Shown here: piece after piece, positions 9,700-20,268 of the stretch
Position numbering within the stretch: position 1 is the first letter of the stretch
Layout: each line of letters starts with the position of its first letter
Source: Mycoplasmatota bacterium
GTDB lineage: Bacteria; Bacillota_I; Bacilli_A; MAG-NZ
DNA length: 64,000 nucleotides
NCBI GenBank assembly: GCA_018394315.1
Contig: CP074575.1
Location: forward strand, 1,830,615 to 1,894,614
Direction of reading: 5' to 3'
Notes under the pieces: generated by a model
The model's input: only the letters and a program-made list of their open reading frames with translations
Database searches by the model: none
Told to the model about the DNA's origin: nothing
Program-made: the position numbers and the translations under genes

Positions 9700-10266
9700 T
9701 TAATCAGTGATTATTTTTTTCAGTAATGATATAAAAAAAGAGAGATCCTCTTCATTGTTTTTCAACATTATAAGCATGTTATCTGATATGAATTTTGCGG
9801 TCTTTTCTTTAGAAATACCATCCACCCAAATATTATCACTAATGCTCGTATCATTATCTATGAATGTCACTATCATATTACGTATTTTCCCGAAGTATTC
9901 TTCTTGTTTTTTTCTACCAAGTTGCTTTTCTTGAGAACTCAATTGAACGATTTGATCAAGCCAATTATCCTTAAAATTTTGAAGATAAGTAGATAAGGTA
10001 TTATAAACTTCTTCTATCTTTTCATAGAAATTCTTATCAATTAGATTAGTAAGATCGATCTTTTTATATGCTTCTATCCAAAAATCCTCTATAACCGCAA
10101 CAATCAAATCCGCTTTAGTGGTGTAATTGTTATATACCGTCCCTATAGATATATTACTTTTTTTTGCCACTAATCGGATATTTATTCTACTCATCCCTTG
10201 CTCTAAAGCAATTTGCTTTGCAACCGACAAGATAATCTCCTTTTGATTATAATTTTGTTTTTCCAT
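9700..10266 (-). CDS. TetR/AcrR family transcriptional regulator
   Basis: HTH NIRLVAKKSNISIGTVYNNYTTKADL; ATG 10266 after GAGGTG SD. Confidence 0.9.
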   Translation of the reverse strand: MEKQNYNQKEIILSVAKQIALEQGMSRINIRLVAKKSNISIGTVYNNYTTKADLIVAVIEDFWIEAYKKIDLTNLIDKNFYEKIEEVYNTLSTYLQNFKDNWLDQIVQLSSQEKQLGRKKQEEYFGKIRNMIVTFIDNDTSISDNIWVDGISKEKTAKFISDNMLIMLKNNEEDLSFFISLLKKIITD

Positions 10267-10283
10267 ATAATTTTTCACCTCAT

Positions 10284-10331
10284 TGAACATTGTTCACTTT
10301 AGATTATATACACCTATAATATATTTGTCAA
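10284..10331 (-). promoter_or_regulatory. consensus sigma-A promoter plus palindromic operator (likely TetR autoregulation)
   Basis: TTGACA-N17-TATAAT (10331-10303); TGAACA-T-TGTTCA at 10284-10296 near the transcription start. Confidence 0.8.
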
Positions 10332-10595
10332 TGAATAGATTTGAAACAATGTAAATACTATTATTCACATTAAGACCGGTACCTATTTGCCTTCTATTTA
10401 AAACGGTGGTCACTTCCCTTTAATTCACTCAGTGTAATTTTGATATACTATGACATAACTTTATCAGTAAAGCTATTTAACACTCGTTTTTTTCAGATTG
10501 ACTAATCTAAATTAGTCATGACAACTAACATTCACTTAGGCATAAGATAACTGAATAGTAAACATATGCCTCTATCTATTATAATCACCTTACAG

Positions 10596-10624
10596 TCGAC
10601 TTATTAAAAATCAAATGCTATAAT
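10596..10624 (+). promoter_or_regulatory. promoter of the PASTA/ABC operon
   Basis: TCGACT-N17-TATAAT with TGn extension. Confidence 0.6.
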
Positions 10625-10651
10625 TAACCGATAAAAAGAGGAGGTAGTACT

Positions 10652-12091
10652 ATGATAGATAAAGAAACAAAAAATGAAAGAGATGAGTCAATAGATAGTA
10701 GTCTAGATAATTTTGACTTTGATGCTTTTGATGAGGCAGATGATGAAGAATCTTATGAATATATGCCAAGGAATGGTAAATATAAGAAAATAATAATTGT
10801 TTCAAGTGTTATTATCGTAGCAGTAATTGCTGTTTGGTACTTGTTTTTCAGAGGATCAGCAATAACACCAAATATGACTAATTGGAATCAATACGAAGTA
10901 GATAATTGGGGAACTTCAAATAAAGTTGAAGTCCTATATTCATATGAATTTCATGAATCTATTCCTGAAAACTACGTGATCAAACAATCCATTCCAGAAG
11001 ACTCGAAAGTTAAAAGAAATATGGTAATAAAAATTACGTTATCAGAAGGACTAAACCCAAATGAATTAGTTCCAATGATTGATCTTTCAAACGCAAACGA
11101 TTCTGACATTCAAAATTGGATTGAATCAAATGGTTTAACAAACATTGAATTGAACTATAGCTTTAATCAACTTGTTCCCGAAAACTATATTGTAAGTTAT
11201 GAATTTGAAAGTGGTTCACAAATCACGTTTAAAAGAAAAGATCACCTTGTTGTCGAGATTTCAAAAGGTTCAAACTCAAATATAGATAAAGTTACATTGC
11301 CTGATTTAACTAAAATGACTCTTCAAGAAGCTTTCGCTTGGGGAGAAAATAATAATATTACATTAAATACAAGCTATGTATATAGTAAATATGCTCAAGC
11401 TGATACTGTTTTGAAGCAAAATATCGACTCTGGTACGAAGGTAAGTCCTAGTAACGTTATTAATCTAACAGTTTCACTAGGTAAACAAGTAATTGTCCCA
11501 GATTTCTCTACTTTAACTCAAACACAAGCTGATAAATGGGGATTAGATAATGGTATCAACTTGACAGTAAATAAAACCTATTCAAGTCATATAGAAGACG
11601 GTTATTTTATTGAACAATCTTTACAAGCTAATGAAATTATGGCTATAAGAGATGATTTATCAGTTACTTACTCATTAGGTAAAATAGATATTTATTCTTA
11701 TGTCGGGTTAAGTATTTTAGACATGAAGTCCGACTTAGACGCACTCAACTTAATAGGAGCAAACATTACTTACTCAATAGATTATGTGTACACAACATCA
11801 TATCCAGATGGTATGGTAGTATCACATTCATATGAACATAGTGAGGTTAGCCCTGGATCAATTATGACGATTTTAGTGTCTCAAGGTGAAAGTGTATTTG
11901 TTCCAGATTTCAAAGGATTGGACCAAACAAGTATTCTAGAATTATGTCAAGCAAACGAGATGGTGTGCGTATTTAAATTTAAACATTATCCTTCTCCTGC
12001 GGGTATGTTCATTTCTCAATCAATTAAAGCTGATGAAGTCATCTCAAAAAATGATCCAGTAACAATAACTTTATCACTAGGGCCATCGTAG
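10652..12091 (+). CDS. single-pass membrane protein with ~6 PASTA domains and no kinase domain
   Basis: acidic N-terminus, one TM, repeated VPDF/LPDL...QSI...V.L.VS.G units of ~70 aa. Confidence 0.8.
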   Translation: MIDKETKNERDESIDSSLDNFDFDAFDEADDEESYEYMPRNGKYKKIIIVSSVIIVAVIAVWYLFFRGSAITPNMTNWNQYEVDNWGTSNKVEVLYSYEFHESIPENYVIKQSIPEDSKVKRNMVIKITLSEGLNPNELVPMIDLSNANDSDIQNWIESNGLTNIELNYSFNQLVPENYIVSYEFESGSQITFKRKDHLVVEISKGSNSNIDKVTLPDLTKMTLQEAFAWGENNNITLNTSYVYSKYAQADTVLKQNIDSGTKVSPSNVINLTVSLGKQVIVPDFSTLTQTQADKWGLDNGINLTVNKTYSSHIEDGYFIEQSLQANEIMAIRDDLSVTYSLGKIDIYSYVGLSILDMKSDLDALNLIGANITYSIDYVYTTSYPDGMVVSHSYEHSEVSPGSIMTILVSQGESVFVPDFKGLDQTSILELCQANEMVCVFKFKHYPSPAGMFISQSIKADEVISKNDPVTITLSLGPS

Positions 12092-12101
12092 GGGTGATAC
12101 A

Positions 12102-14669
12102 ATGATTACAGTTAAAAAACTACATAAATATTATAAAATGAAGAAATCAAAGGCATACCATGCTTTAAAAGGAATTAATATTAAGTTTCCAAATAAAGGA
12201 TTTGTTTTTATAGCTGGTAAGTCAGGATGCGGAAAATCAACTTTGCTCAATATTATTGGTGGTTTGGATACATATGACAAGGGATTATTAGTAATTAGGG
12301 GGCGTTCTACAAAAGAATTTACGAACAGAGATTTTGATAATTATAGAAATAGTTATTTAGGGTTTGTATTTCAAGATTTTCATTTAATAGATGGAGAAAC
12401 AATTGAAGAAAATATTTCACTAGCATTAAAACTACAAGGATATAGAAAAGAATTAATTCCTAAAAGAGTTGGACAAGTATTAAAAATGGTTGACTTGTAT
12501 ACCAAAAAGCACCATAAAATATCAGAAATAAGTGGAGGACAAAAACAACGTGTAGCAATTGCTAGAGCATTAGTTAAAAATCCTCAAGTAATTATTGCTG
12601 ATGAGCCAACAGGAAACTTAGACTCTAGGACAAGTTTACTTATTATGAAAATATTAAAAAAACTTTCTCAGAAGAAACTTGTTATTATAGTAACTCATGA
12701 TATAGATTTTGCAAATGAATTCGCAGATAGAGTTATCATATTAAAAGATGGAAAAATCATTCAAGACAACGAGAGAATGATTGAGGGAGAAAAATTACTT
12801 GATTACACCCCTTTAGAAAGATTAAGGTTTAAGAAATCTACATTTCCTTTTAAAGTTGCTTTAAAAATGAGTACCAAGAGTGTCTTTAGAAAGAAGTTCA
12901 GATTAATATTCACAATTCTATTATTCTCAATTTCCATTGGACTTTTTTCGTTTTCTACTTCTTTCAACTTTTATGACACTGAAGATATCTTCTATCAATC
13001 TATTAAGGATAGTGAAACAACAAATATTGAATTCTCAGAAGGATACGCTGAAGATCACTCATTAATGAATATCTTAACTGAAGAGAGAATATCTCAACTG
13101 AATCAAAGATATCCAAATATCGTTATTGCACCTGCAAGTCAACAAAATACATTCTATATTGACTCATGTGGATTTGAGTCTCAATTATGCAACTACACCG
13201 GAAAAACTGTTTATTTAGATGACGCAAATTTACTAGATCTAAATATCATTTATGGTGATTTGAACGATGATTTTGGTGATGATAATTTAGGTATTGTAAT
13301 TAGTGATGTAACAGCCACTTATTTGAAGAATGCACTAGAAAAATCAAGTTTAAGTGATCTTATTAATATAAAATTGTCTGAGTTAAGTGATTCAAATATA
13401 CATTCCGAATTTGAAGAAGGATATATAAAAGCTATCTATGAATCAAATATGATTGATCAATTAAAAACAGTTAATCAACAAATAAAGAGAAATGAATTCA
13501 GAGATTATCAATCACTAACAACATATAATTCACTTTATACTTATGCTTCAAGCGATATGAACTATCAAGTAGATTCTTATTACTTTGAACTTGATAACAA
13601 AAGCGAAGGCGAAGTTAAATCACATAATTTAAGAGCTTTAAATGTATCTGATAGATTCGGAAAACATTATGTCGGGTCATTACCAACTAAAGAAAACGAA
13701 GCAGCCTTTAGTTATAATTTTCTATTAATTATGGTTAATGAACAAATGGATAATTTGATAGATCAAGGTGAAATCTCATCTACTACAAAGATAAATAGAC
13801 TTTCCCCATATAGCGAAATTGAATCCTTCTGTGGTGTTTATAATGAATCGTATGACTTAGAAACTTGTGATGAGTTATTAAACGATTTCATCATAGACGT
13901 TAATGACTTTTTTGGATTAGAAGACCAAGAATTTACAATGGAATTCTCTCCGATAACATATTCGAGAAGAGAATATAATAGTGTTTCACTGGATACAGCA
14001 ACATTTAATAAGGTTACAGGTATTTCATATAACACAAGAATGGATATGGTGATAAATGAAAAATTATTAAGTAATTACTTGGACAAAAGAGTAGAGTTAG
14101 AAGGAAATTACTTCTATAATAGACATACTGTAGTAGCGCTTTTATCTGAACCGATTAGTCAACATGAAGCATTTATTAAAATGATCCAAGCAGATTATAA
14201 TCACAATACGCCAGCATCAATTTCATTAAGTGTATTAGATGGTTTTATGAATCAAGTAGTTCGAAGAACATTTCTAATAATTTCGCTAATATTTGGTGGA
14301 TTCGCTTCACTATTAATGTTTTCTTATATTAACCAAAGCATCAGATTCAAAAGAGCGGATATAGGTACTTTAAGAGCCATTGGAGCTAAAGGAACAGATG
14401 TTGCGAAAATATTTGTCACTGAAGCTATGATTATTTCCATGATATCATCACTTATTGGTGTTATTGGTTTAAATTATGTAGTTTATAAATTAAACGATGT
14501 TATAAACCAATCTGCATCTCTAAATTTTAAATTATTCTATATTAATGGATTAGTTTACATAATTTTACTATTATTTGCAGCCATAGTCGCACTAATAAGC
14601 TGTTCTTTACCACTTTACAGATTAATTCGAATGAACCCAATTGATGTAATTAGAAAAGCTAGAGATTAA
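12102..14669 (+). CDS. MacB/LolD-FtsX-type fused ABC ATPase-permease
   Basis: GKSGCGKST, ISGGQKQRVAIARAL, IIADEPTGNLD; TM, large extracellular domain, C-terminal IGTLRAIGA FtsX domain. Confidence 0.9.
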   Translation: MITVKKLHKYYKMKKSKAYHALKGINIKFPNKGFVFIAGKSGCGKSTLLNIIGGLDTYDKGLLVIRGRSTKEFTNRDFDNYRNSYLGFVFQDFHLIDGETIEENISLALKLQGYRKELIPKRVGQVLKMVDLYTKKHHKISEISGGQKQRVAIARALVKNPQVIIADEPTGNLDSRTSLLIMKILKKLSQKKLVIIVTHDIDFANEFADRVIILKDGKIIQDNERMIEGEKLLDYTPLERLRFKKSTFPFKVALKMSTKSVFRKKFRLIFTILLFSISIGLFSFSTSFNFYDTEDIFYQSIKDSETTNIEFSEGYAEDHSLMNILTEERISQLNQRYPNIVIAPASQQNTFYIDSCGFESQLCNYTGKTVYLDDANLLDLNIIYGDLNDDFGDDNLGIVISDVTATYLKNALEKSSLSDLINIKLSELSDSNIHSEFEEGYIKAIYESNMIDQLKTVNQQIKRNEFRDYQSLTTYNSLYTYASSDMNYQVDSYYFELDNKSEGEVKSHNLRALNVSDRFGKHYVGSLPTKENEAAFSYNFLLIMVNEQMDNLIDQGEISSTTKINRLSPYSEIESFCGVYNESYDLETCDELLNDFIIDVNDFFGLEDQEFTMEFSPITYSRREYNSVSLDTATFNKVTGISYNTRMDMVINEKLLSNYLDKRVELEGNYFYNRHTVVALLSEPISQHEAFIKMIQADYNHNTPASISLSVLDGFMNQVVRRTFLIISLIFGGFASLLMFSYINQSIRFKRADIGTLRAIGAKGTDVAKIFVTEAMIISMISSLIGVIGLNYVVYKLNDVINQSASLNFKLFYINGLVYIILLLFAAIVALISCSLPLYRLIRMNPIDVIRKARD

Positions 14670-14677
14670 AATGAATC

Positions 14678-14762
14678 AAAAAAATCCCAAAAAGAATATT
14701 CCTTCTTTAATTGGGTTTTTTTATTAAAAATAAAAGACTTTAGAAATATCATCTAAAGTCTT
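14678..14762. terminator. two hairpins between convergent genes
   Basis: CCCAA...TTGGG followed by T7 tract; AAGACTTTAGA...TCTAAAGTCTT. Confidence 0.6.
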
Positions 14763-14779
14763 CATAAATTAATCAATAA

Positions 14780-16171
14780 TTATTCTATAATAAAACTATA
14801 TTCGTGTGATTCACCCTGATTATCTGTTACTGCGATCTTGTATGATCCAGGTTCAGTAAAAAACATTTCCTGAGGTATTTCATAGGATAATCCATCCCTT
14901 AGTGCATTTATATTTTCGTACTCATCAATATTAATATCTATTTGATATCCTTCGACAAAATCATAAACATATACTGCCCCACTCTCTGAGTCATTCTCAC
15001 CATCACGTCCTGCTCCAACTACTATATGATCACCACTACTTGCAACGCTTGATCCAAACACATCAAAATTATCTTTACCGTTATCTTCACTAGATGTGAT
15101 TTTTCTTTCATAAGTCTCGTCATCCAATTTGAAAATGTATACTGATCCGGACATAATATATGTTTCATCACTTCTTGCAACTACAAAAATATGCTCATCA
15201 TCAACTATAACCTTCTCGCCAAAATATTCAAATTTTTGACCATCTGAAGCTATTATTTTTCTTTCATATGTTTCATCGTCTAGATTGTACACCATTACTG
15301 ATCCAGAGTCTTCTCCAGTATCATCATCACCAGGTGTTCCAACCACTAAGTAATCATCATATAAACTCAGAGAAAATCCGAATTTGTCACGGAAAAAACC
15401 GTCAGACATAATGATCTTTCTTTCATATGTATCATCATCTAATTTATAAACATAAACTGACCCAGATCGATTACCGTTATCGTCATCTGACCAAGCTCCT
15501 ACTGCAATGTAATTACCATATATCGCCACACTAGCTCCAAATTTATCATACTCACTGCCGTCACTTGCTGTTATTTTCCTTTCATATGTATCATCATCAT
15601 ACTTATATAGATACACTGAACCGCTAGGTATCCCATCATTACTTGTGGTAGGTGCACCAATAACGATATACTCGTCATTACTTGCTAAGCTTCTTCCAAA
15701 TAAAGCACGTGCACTTCCATCACTTGCAGTAATTTTTCTTTTATATGCTTCATCATCTATTTTATATACATACACCGAACCACTGGAATTACCATAATCG
15801 TCATCCCCTGGAGCTCCTACTATAATGTAATTATTTACTGTTGCAACTGTAGAGCCAAAAACTCCAAAATTAACACCATCAGTAGGAGAAATTTTTCTTG
15901 TATATTCATCATCATCTATTTTATATACATACACCGAACCACTAAAATCACCCTTACTGCTATCGCCACTTGCTCCTATTATTATAAGATCATCATTCAT
16001 TGCCAAACTTGATCCGAACATTTCGAATCTAGCTTCTTCAATTGATCTTATTTTATAATTAATATCACCAAGATTATATTTTATGGCATCAATTATCCCC
16101 TCTTTGTTTGAGCAACTTGTAAGATTAACAATTAGTAGTAATAATACTACTAACAAATATTTTTTCCTCAT
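14780..16171 (-). CDS. lipoprotein with seven FG-GAP (integrin-alpha-like) repeats, predicted 7-bladed beta-propeller
   Basis: lipobox LTSC; seven FG.S.A...IVVGAP...SGSVYVY units of ~53 aa. Confidence 0.85.
   Translation of the reverse strand: MRKKYLLVVLLLLIVNLTSCSNKEGIIDAIKYNLGDINYKIRSIEEARFEMFGSSLAMNDDLIIIGASGDSSKGDFSGSVYVYKIDDDEYTRKISPTDGVNFGVFGSTVATVNNYIIVGAPGDDDYGNSSGSVYVYKIDDEAYKRKITASDGSARALFGRSLASNDEYIVIGAPTTSNDGIPSGSVYLYKYDDDTYERKITASDGSEYDKFGASVAIYGNYIAVGAWSDDDNGNRSGSVYVYKLDDDTYERKIIMSDGFFRDKFGFSLSLYDDYLVVGTPGDDDTGEDSGSVMVYNLDDETYERKIIASDGQKFEYFGEKVIVDDEHIFVVARSDETYIMSGSVYIFKLDDETYERKITSSEDNGKDNFDVFGSSVASSGDHIVVGAGRDGENDSESGAVYVYDFVEGYQIDINIDEYENINALRDGLSYEIPQEMFFTEPGSYKIAVTDNQGESHEYSFIIE
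15750..15943. repeat. 35-nt exact intragenic repeat, 159 nt (53 codons) apart
   Basis: TCATCATCTATTTTATATACATACACCGAACCACT at 15750-15784 and 15909-15943. Confidence 0.9.
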
Positions 16172-16345
16172 AAAATTAGATCCCCCTTAATCTCCCATTG
16201 TAAAAATTATGATCTGAGCAATAGAGTTTAGAAACTATGTTTTAATCAATTTATACTCTATATAGTTTGTCCATTCCTTTGCAGTCATATATGGCCATAA
16301 TCATTGTATCAGTTTAATAATATTAAATAAATCAATTTCAATATA

Positions 16346-16387
16346 TTTACATAAATTAGGAGAATTAATTTACATAAATTAATTCTC
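16346..16387. repeat. 12-bp perfect inverted repeat overlapping a 13-nt direct repeat
   Basis: GAGAATTAATTT-ACAT-AAATTAATTCTC (16360-16387); TTTACATAAATTA at 16346 and 16369. Confidence 0.7.
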
Positions 16388-16681
16388 TAAGCTTATATAG
16401 ACAAAGATATCATTTAAATTAAGGTTAAGTTTATTAAATACAACAATTAAATTTAATTTTATTCACATCACTCATCTCATGTTTTTCATTCTAATAATAT
16501 CATAAAATTTATGAATTTTAAAGAAAAAAATAAATTTTTATAGAAGTTAAATAAGAGGTAATAAATAATATGAATTACACATCAACTTTTAATAATAGGT
16601 TCTATTTAGACGATAAATGAGTTTGATTCACTCCTTATTATTTTCCGTTATAAATATCGTGATTAAACATGATAATTTTGT

Positions 16682-16734
16682 TTGCTTTATTACTCATATA
16701 AGTGTAGAATAAATTGTATTTGAAAACGTTTTAA
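16682..16734 (+). promoter_or_regulatory. hut operon promoter with downstream cre-like box
   Basis: TTGCTT-N17-TAGAAT; TGAAAACGTTTTAA at 16721-16734. Confidence 0.7.
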
Positions 16735-16760
16735 ATCATTAGGAAGTGAGGGTTTTTTTT

Positions 16761-18773
16761 ATGGATAGTTTTAATATTACTTTAGAGTCAATTTTTGACG
16801 AATTACCAAGTAAAAAGAAATTTATAAAAGGGATTAGACGAGCACCTAAAAGGGAATTCACGTTATCTCAAGAAGAGACAGAGTTAGCATTAAAGAATGC
16901 TCTTAGATATATTCCTGAAAAGTGGCATGATGTGTTAGCGGAAGAGTTTTTAGATGAACTCCTTACTATGGGAAGAATCTACGGTTATCGTTTTAGACCT
17001 AGCGGAAATATCAAGGGGTTAACTGTTGATGATTATGAAGGTAATACACTTGAAGGAAGAGCTTTCCAAGTGATGATTGATAATAACTTGGATTTCGATA
17101 TTGCTTTATACCCATATGAATTAGTGACATACGGAGAAACCGGACGAGTATGTCAAAATTGGATGCAGTACCATTTAATTAAAGAATACTTAAAAATTAT
17201 GAATGATAAACAGACTTTAGTTGTTCAATCGGGTCATCCATTAGGTTTATTTAAATCTCACAAAAATTCACCTAGAGTTATCATTTCAAATGGTTTAATG
17301 ATAGGAATGTTTGATGATTTAGATAACTATAACCGTGCTGCAGCATTAGGAGTAGCTAATTATGGTCAGATGACTGCTGGTGGATGGATGTATATAGGAC
17401 CACAAGGAATTGTTCATGGTACATACTCTACTTTACTAAATGCTGGTAGAGATAAACTTGGTATTCCTGTAGATGAAGACTTAAATGGGAAATTGTTTGT
17501 TTCAAGTGGTTTAGGTGGAATGAGTGGTGCACAAGGTAAGGCATGTAAAATAGCTGGTGGTGTTGGAATAATTGCTGAAGTTGATCCTTCGAGAGTTGAA
17601 ACAAGATATACTCAGAAATGGATTGATATTAAGACTAGCGATGTTCAAGAAGCTTTTGATTTAGCAAAAAATGCTATGAAAGAAGGTAAACCACTAGCAA
17701 TTGGTTATATTGGAAATATTGTAACATTATTAGAGTACGCCGTTAGTAACAATATTCATATCGATTTATTGAGTGATCAAACTAGTTGTCATAATGTATA
17801 CGACGGTGGATATACTCCTGTTAACTTAAGCTTTGAAGAAAGAACCGATTTACTTGCTAATAATAAGAAAAAGTTTATTGAAGAAGTTAATAAAGGTTTA
17901 CAAGCGCATTACAAAGTTATAATTAAACTAAGCGATAATGGTACCTACTTCTTCGATTATGGAAATAGTTTTATGAAAGCAATTTATGACAGCGGTGTTT
18001 TAGAAATATGTAAGAATGGTAAAAATGATTTAGATGGATTCATTTGGCCAAGTTACGTAGAGGATATTATGGGTCCTATATTATTTGATTATGGTTATGG
18101 ACCATTCAGATGGGTATGTTTATCAGGTTTAGATAGTGACTTAGATAAAACTGATAATGCAGCTATGGAAATGATCGATAAAGATAGAAGGTTCCAAGAC
18201 TTAGATAACTATAATTGGATAAAAGATGCTAAAGAAAATAATTTAGTTGTTGGTACCAAGGCAAGAATTTTATATCAAGATGCATATGGTAGATTAAAAA
18301 TAGCTCTTAAATTCAATGAAATGGTTAGAAATGGTATTGTCGGACCAATTATGTTAGGTCGTGATCATCATGATACCGGTGGGACTGATTCACCTTTTAG
18401 AGAAACATCGAATATCAAAGATGGTTCTAACATAATGGCTGATATGGCTACTCATATTTTTGCTGGAAATGCAGCTAGGGGAATGAGTTTAATCGCGTTA
18501 CATAACGGCGGTGGAGTTGGTATTTCAAAGTCAATCAATGGTGGTTACGGAATGGTATTAGATGGTTCTACTAGGGTTGATGAGATCCTTAATTCAGCAA
18601 TGTTATGGGATGTTATGGGCGGAGTTGCTCGTAGAAACTGGGCACGCAACGAAAACGCTGTTTCTACTTCTAAAGAATTTAATGAGTTAGATAATGATTC
18701 TTCTATCACTATACCATATCTAGCGGATAATACATTTATTAATGAAATAGTAAGAAAAAATTATAAGAGGTAA
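16761..18773 (+). CDS. hutU: urocanate hydratase (long form)
   Basis: [57 protein letters not shown]. Confidence 0.96.
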   Translation: MDSFNITLESIFDELPSKKKFIKGIRRAPKREFTLSQEETELALKNALRYIPEKWHDVLAEEFLDELLTMGRIYGYRFRPSGNIKGLTVDDYEGNTLEGRAFQVMIDNNLDFDIALYPYELVTYGETGRVCQNWMQYHLIKEYLKIMNDKQTLVVQSGHPLGLFKSHKNSPRVIISNGLMIGMFDDLDNYNRAAALGVANYGQMTAGGWMYIGPQGIVHGTYSTLLNAGRDKLGIPVDEDLNGKLFVSSGLGGMSGAQGKACKIAGGVGIIAEVDPSRVETRYTQKWIDIKTSDVQEAFDLAKNAMKEGKPLAIGYIGNIVTLLEYAVSNNIHIDLLSDQTSCHNVYDGGYTPVNLSFEERTDLLANNKKKFIEEVNKGLQAHYKVIIKLSDNGTYFFDYGNSFMKAIYDSGVLEICKNGKNDLDGFIWPSYVEDIMGPILFDYGYGPFRWVCLSGLDSDLDKTDNAAMEMIDKDRRFQDLDNYNWIKDAKENNLVVGTKARILYQDAYGRLKIALKFNEMVRNGIVGPIMLGRDHHDTGGTDSPFRETSNIKDGSNIMADMATHIFAGNAARGMSLIALHNGGGVGISKSINGGYGMVLDGSTRVDEILNSAMLWDVMGGVARRNWARNENAVSTSKEFNELDNDSSITIPYLADNTFINEIVRKNYKR

Positions 18774-18777
18774 GATA

Positions 18778-20268
18778 ATGATTATATTAGATGGACATAG
18801 TCTTACAATAGAAAAATGTAAGAAAATACTTACTGGTGAGAAAGTTAGGATTTCAGAACAAGCTATCGAAAAAGTTAACACATCTAGAAAAGCTGTAGAG
18901 AAAATAGTTGATGAAGATAGAGTAGTTTATGGTATAACAACAGGCTTCGGATTATTTTGTAATGTCTTAATTGATTCTGATAAAACAGGTGAATTACAAA
19001 TTAATCTTATTCGATCTCATGCAGTTGGAGTTGGCGAACCATTCAACGAAGAAATTACAAAACTTATGTTAGTACTAAGAGCAAACGCTCTATTAAAAGG
19101 ACACTCTGGCGTACGAATTGAAGTAATCGAACAATTACTTAAATTCGTTAATATGGACATATACCCAGTAATTCCGTGTAAGGGTAGCCTTGGTGCAAGT
19201 GGAGATTTAGCTCCACTATCACACTTAGCTTTATCATTAATTGGTGAAGGTTTTGTAAAATATAATGGTGTTACATATCCTACAGATGAATTACTACAAA
19301 AACTTAATATTACTCCAATCAAACTTCAAGCAAAAGAAGGCTTAGGGTTAATAAATGGTACACAAGCAATGACCGCTGTTGGAGTTTTAGCTTATATACA
19401 TGGAGAGAAATTAGCTTATTTAAGTGAATATATTTCTTCATTTACAATGCAAGCTTTAGAAAGTATTATCGATGTCTTTGATGAGGAAATTCACATTTCA
19501 AGAGGATATCAAGAACAAATTGATGTGGCTAAGAGATTTAGAAATATTTTAAACAACTCGAAATTGATGACTAGACAAGGCGAGTTAAGAGTACAAGATG
19601 CTTACTCAATTAGATGCGTACCACAAGTACATGGAGCTTGCTTTCAAGCCTTGAACTATGTTAAAGAAAAATTAGAAATAGAAATGAATGCATCCACAGA
19701 TAATCCATTGATCTTTGATGATGGTAACAAAGTTATATCTGCAGGAAATTTTCACGGTGAGCCTATAGCTTTCGCAATGGACTTTCTAAAATTACCAATG
19801 TGTGAGTTAGCTAATATCTCAGAAAGACGTATTGAAAGATTAGTAAATCCAGCACTAAATAATGATTTTCCAGGTTTCTTAAGCAATAAGGAAGGACTTG
19901 AATCAGGTGCTATGATTTTACAGTATTCTGCAGCTTCACTGGTGAGTGAAAATAAAACTTTAGCTCATCCAGCAAGTGTAGATTCGATTCCTTCAAGCGC
20001 TAACCAAGAGGATCATGTTTCAATGGGAACAATAGCCGCTAGGCACGCTCTTGAAATAATTGAGAATTCATATAACGTTCTTGCGATAGAGTTATTCTGT
20101 TCTGCACAAGCAGTTCACTTAATGGACTCAAACAAATTATCACCAATTAGTCAAAAGTTCTATGATGAGTACCGAGAAAAGGTTCAGCACTTTGAAAAGG
20201 ATAGAATGTTCTCAATTGATATTAACAAAACTAATGAATTTATGAAAAGTTGTGATATAAGTGGATAA
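18778..20268 (+). CDS. hutH: histidine ammonia-lyase
   Basis: [21 protein letters not shown] (MIO), [26 protein letters not shown]. Confidence 0.96.
   Translation: MIILDGHSLTIEKCKKILTGEKVRISEQAIEKVNTSRKAVEKIVDEDRVVYGITTGFGLFCNVLIDSDKTGELQINLIRSHAVGVGEPFNEEITKLMLVLRANALLKGHSGVRIEVIEQLLKFVNMDIYPVIPCKGSLGASGDLAPLSHLALSLIGEGFVKYNGVTYPTDELLQKLNITPIKLQAKEGLGLINGTQAMTAVGVLAYIHGEKLAYLSEYISSFTMQALESIIDVFDEEIHISRGYQEQIDVAKRFRNILNNSKLMTRQGELRVQDAYSIRCVPQVHGACFQALNYVKEKLEIEMNASTDNPLIFDDGNKVISAGNFHGEPIAFAMDFLKLPMCELANISERRIERLVNPALNNDFPGFLSNKEGLESGAMILQYSAASLVSENKTLAHPASVDSIPSSANQEDHVSMGTIAARHALEIIENSYNVLAIELFCSAQAVHLMDSNKLSPISQKFYDEYREKVQHFEKDRMFSIDINKTNEFMKSCDISG

Noticed and set aside
10462..10475. 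14-mer TATCAGTAAAGCTA also present inverted at 44327-44340
   Set aside because: Matches of this length are expected by chance in 64 kb of AT-rich DNA.
14900..16030. Regularly spaced ~160-nt repeats as a CRISPR array or DGR template/variable repeat
   Set aside because: They are in-frame FG-GAP coding repeats; no cas or reverse transcriptase gene is in the window.
16200..16300. Loose resemblance to a c-di-GMP-I riboswitch upstream of the FG-GAP lipoprotein
   Set aside because: Lacks the GAAA tetraloop and GACGCAAA core; stems do not pair convincingly.
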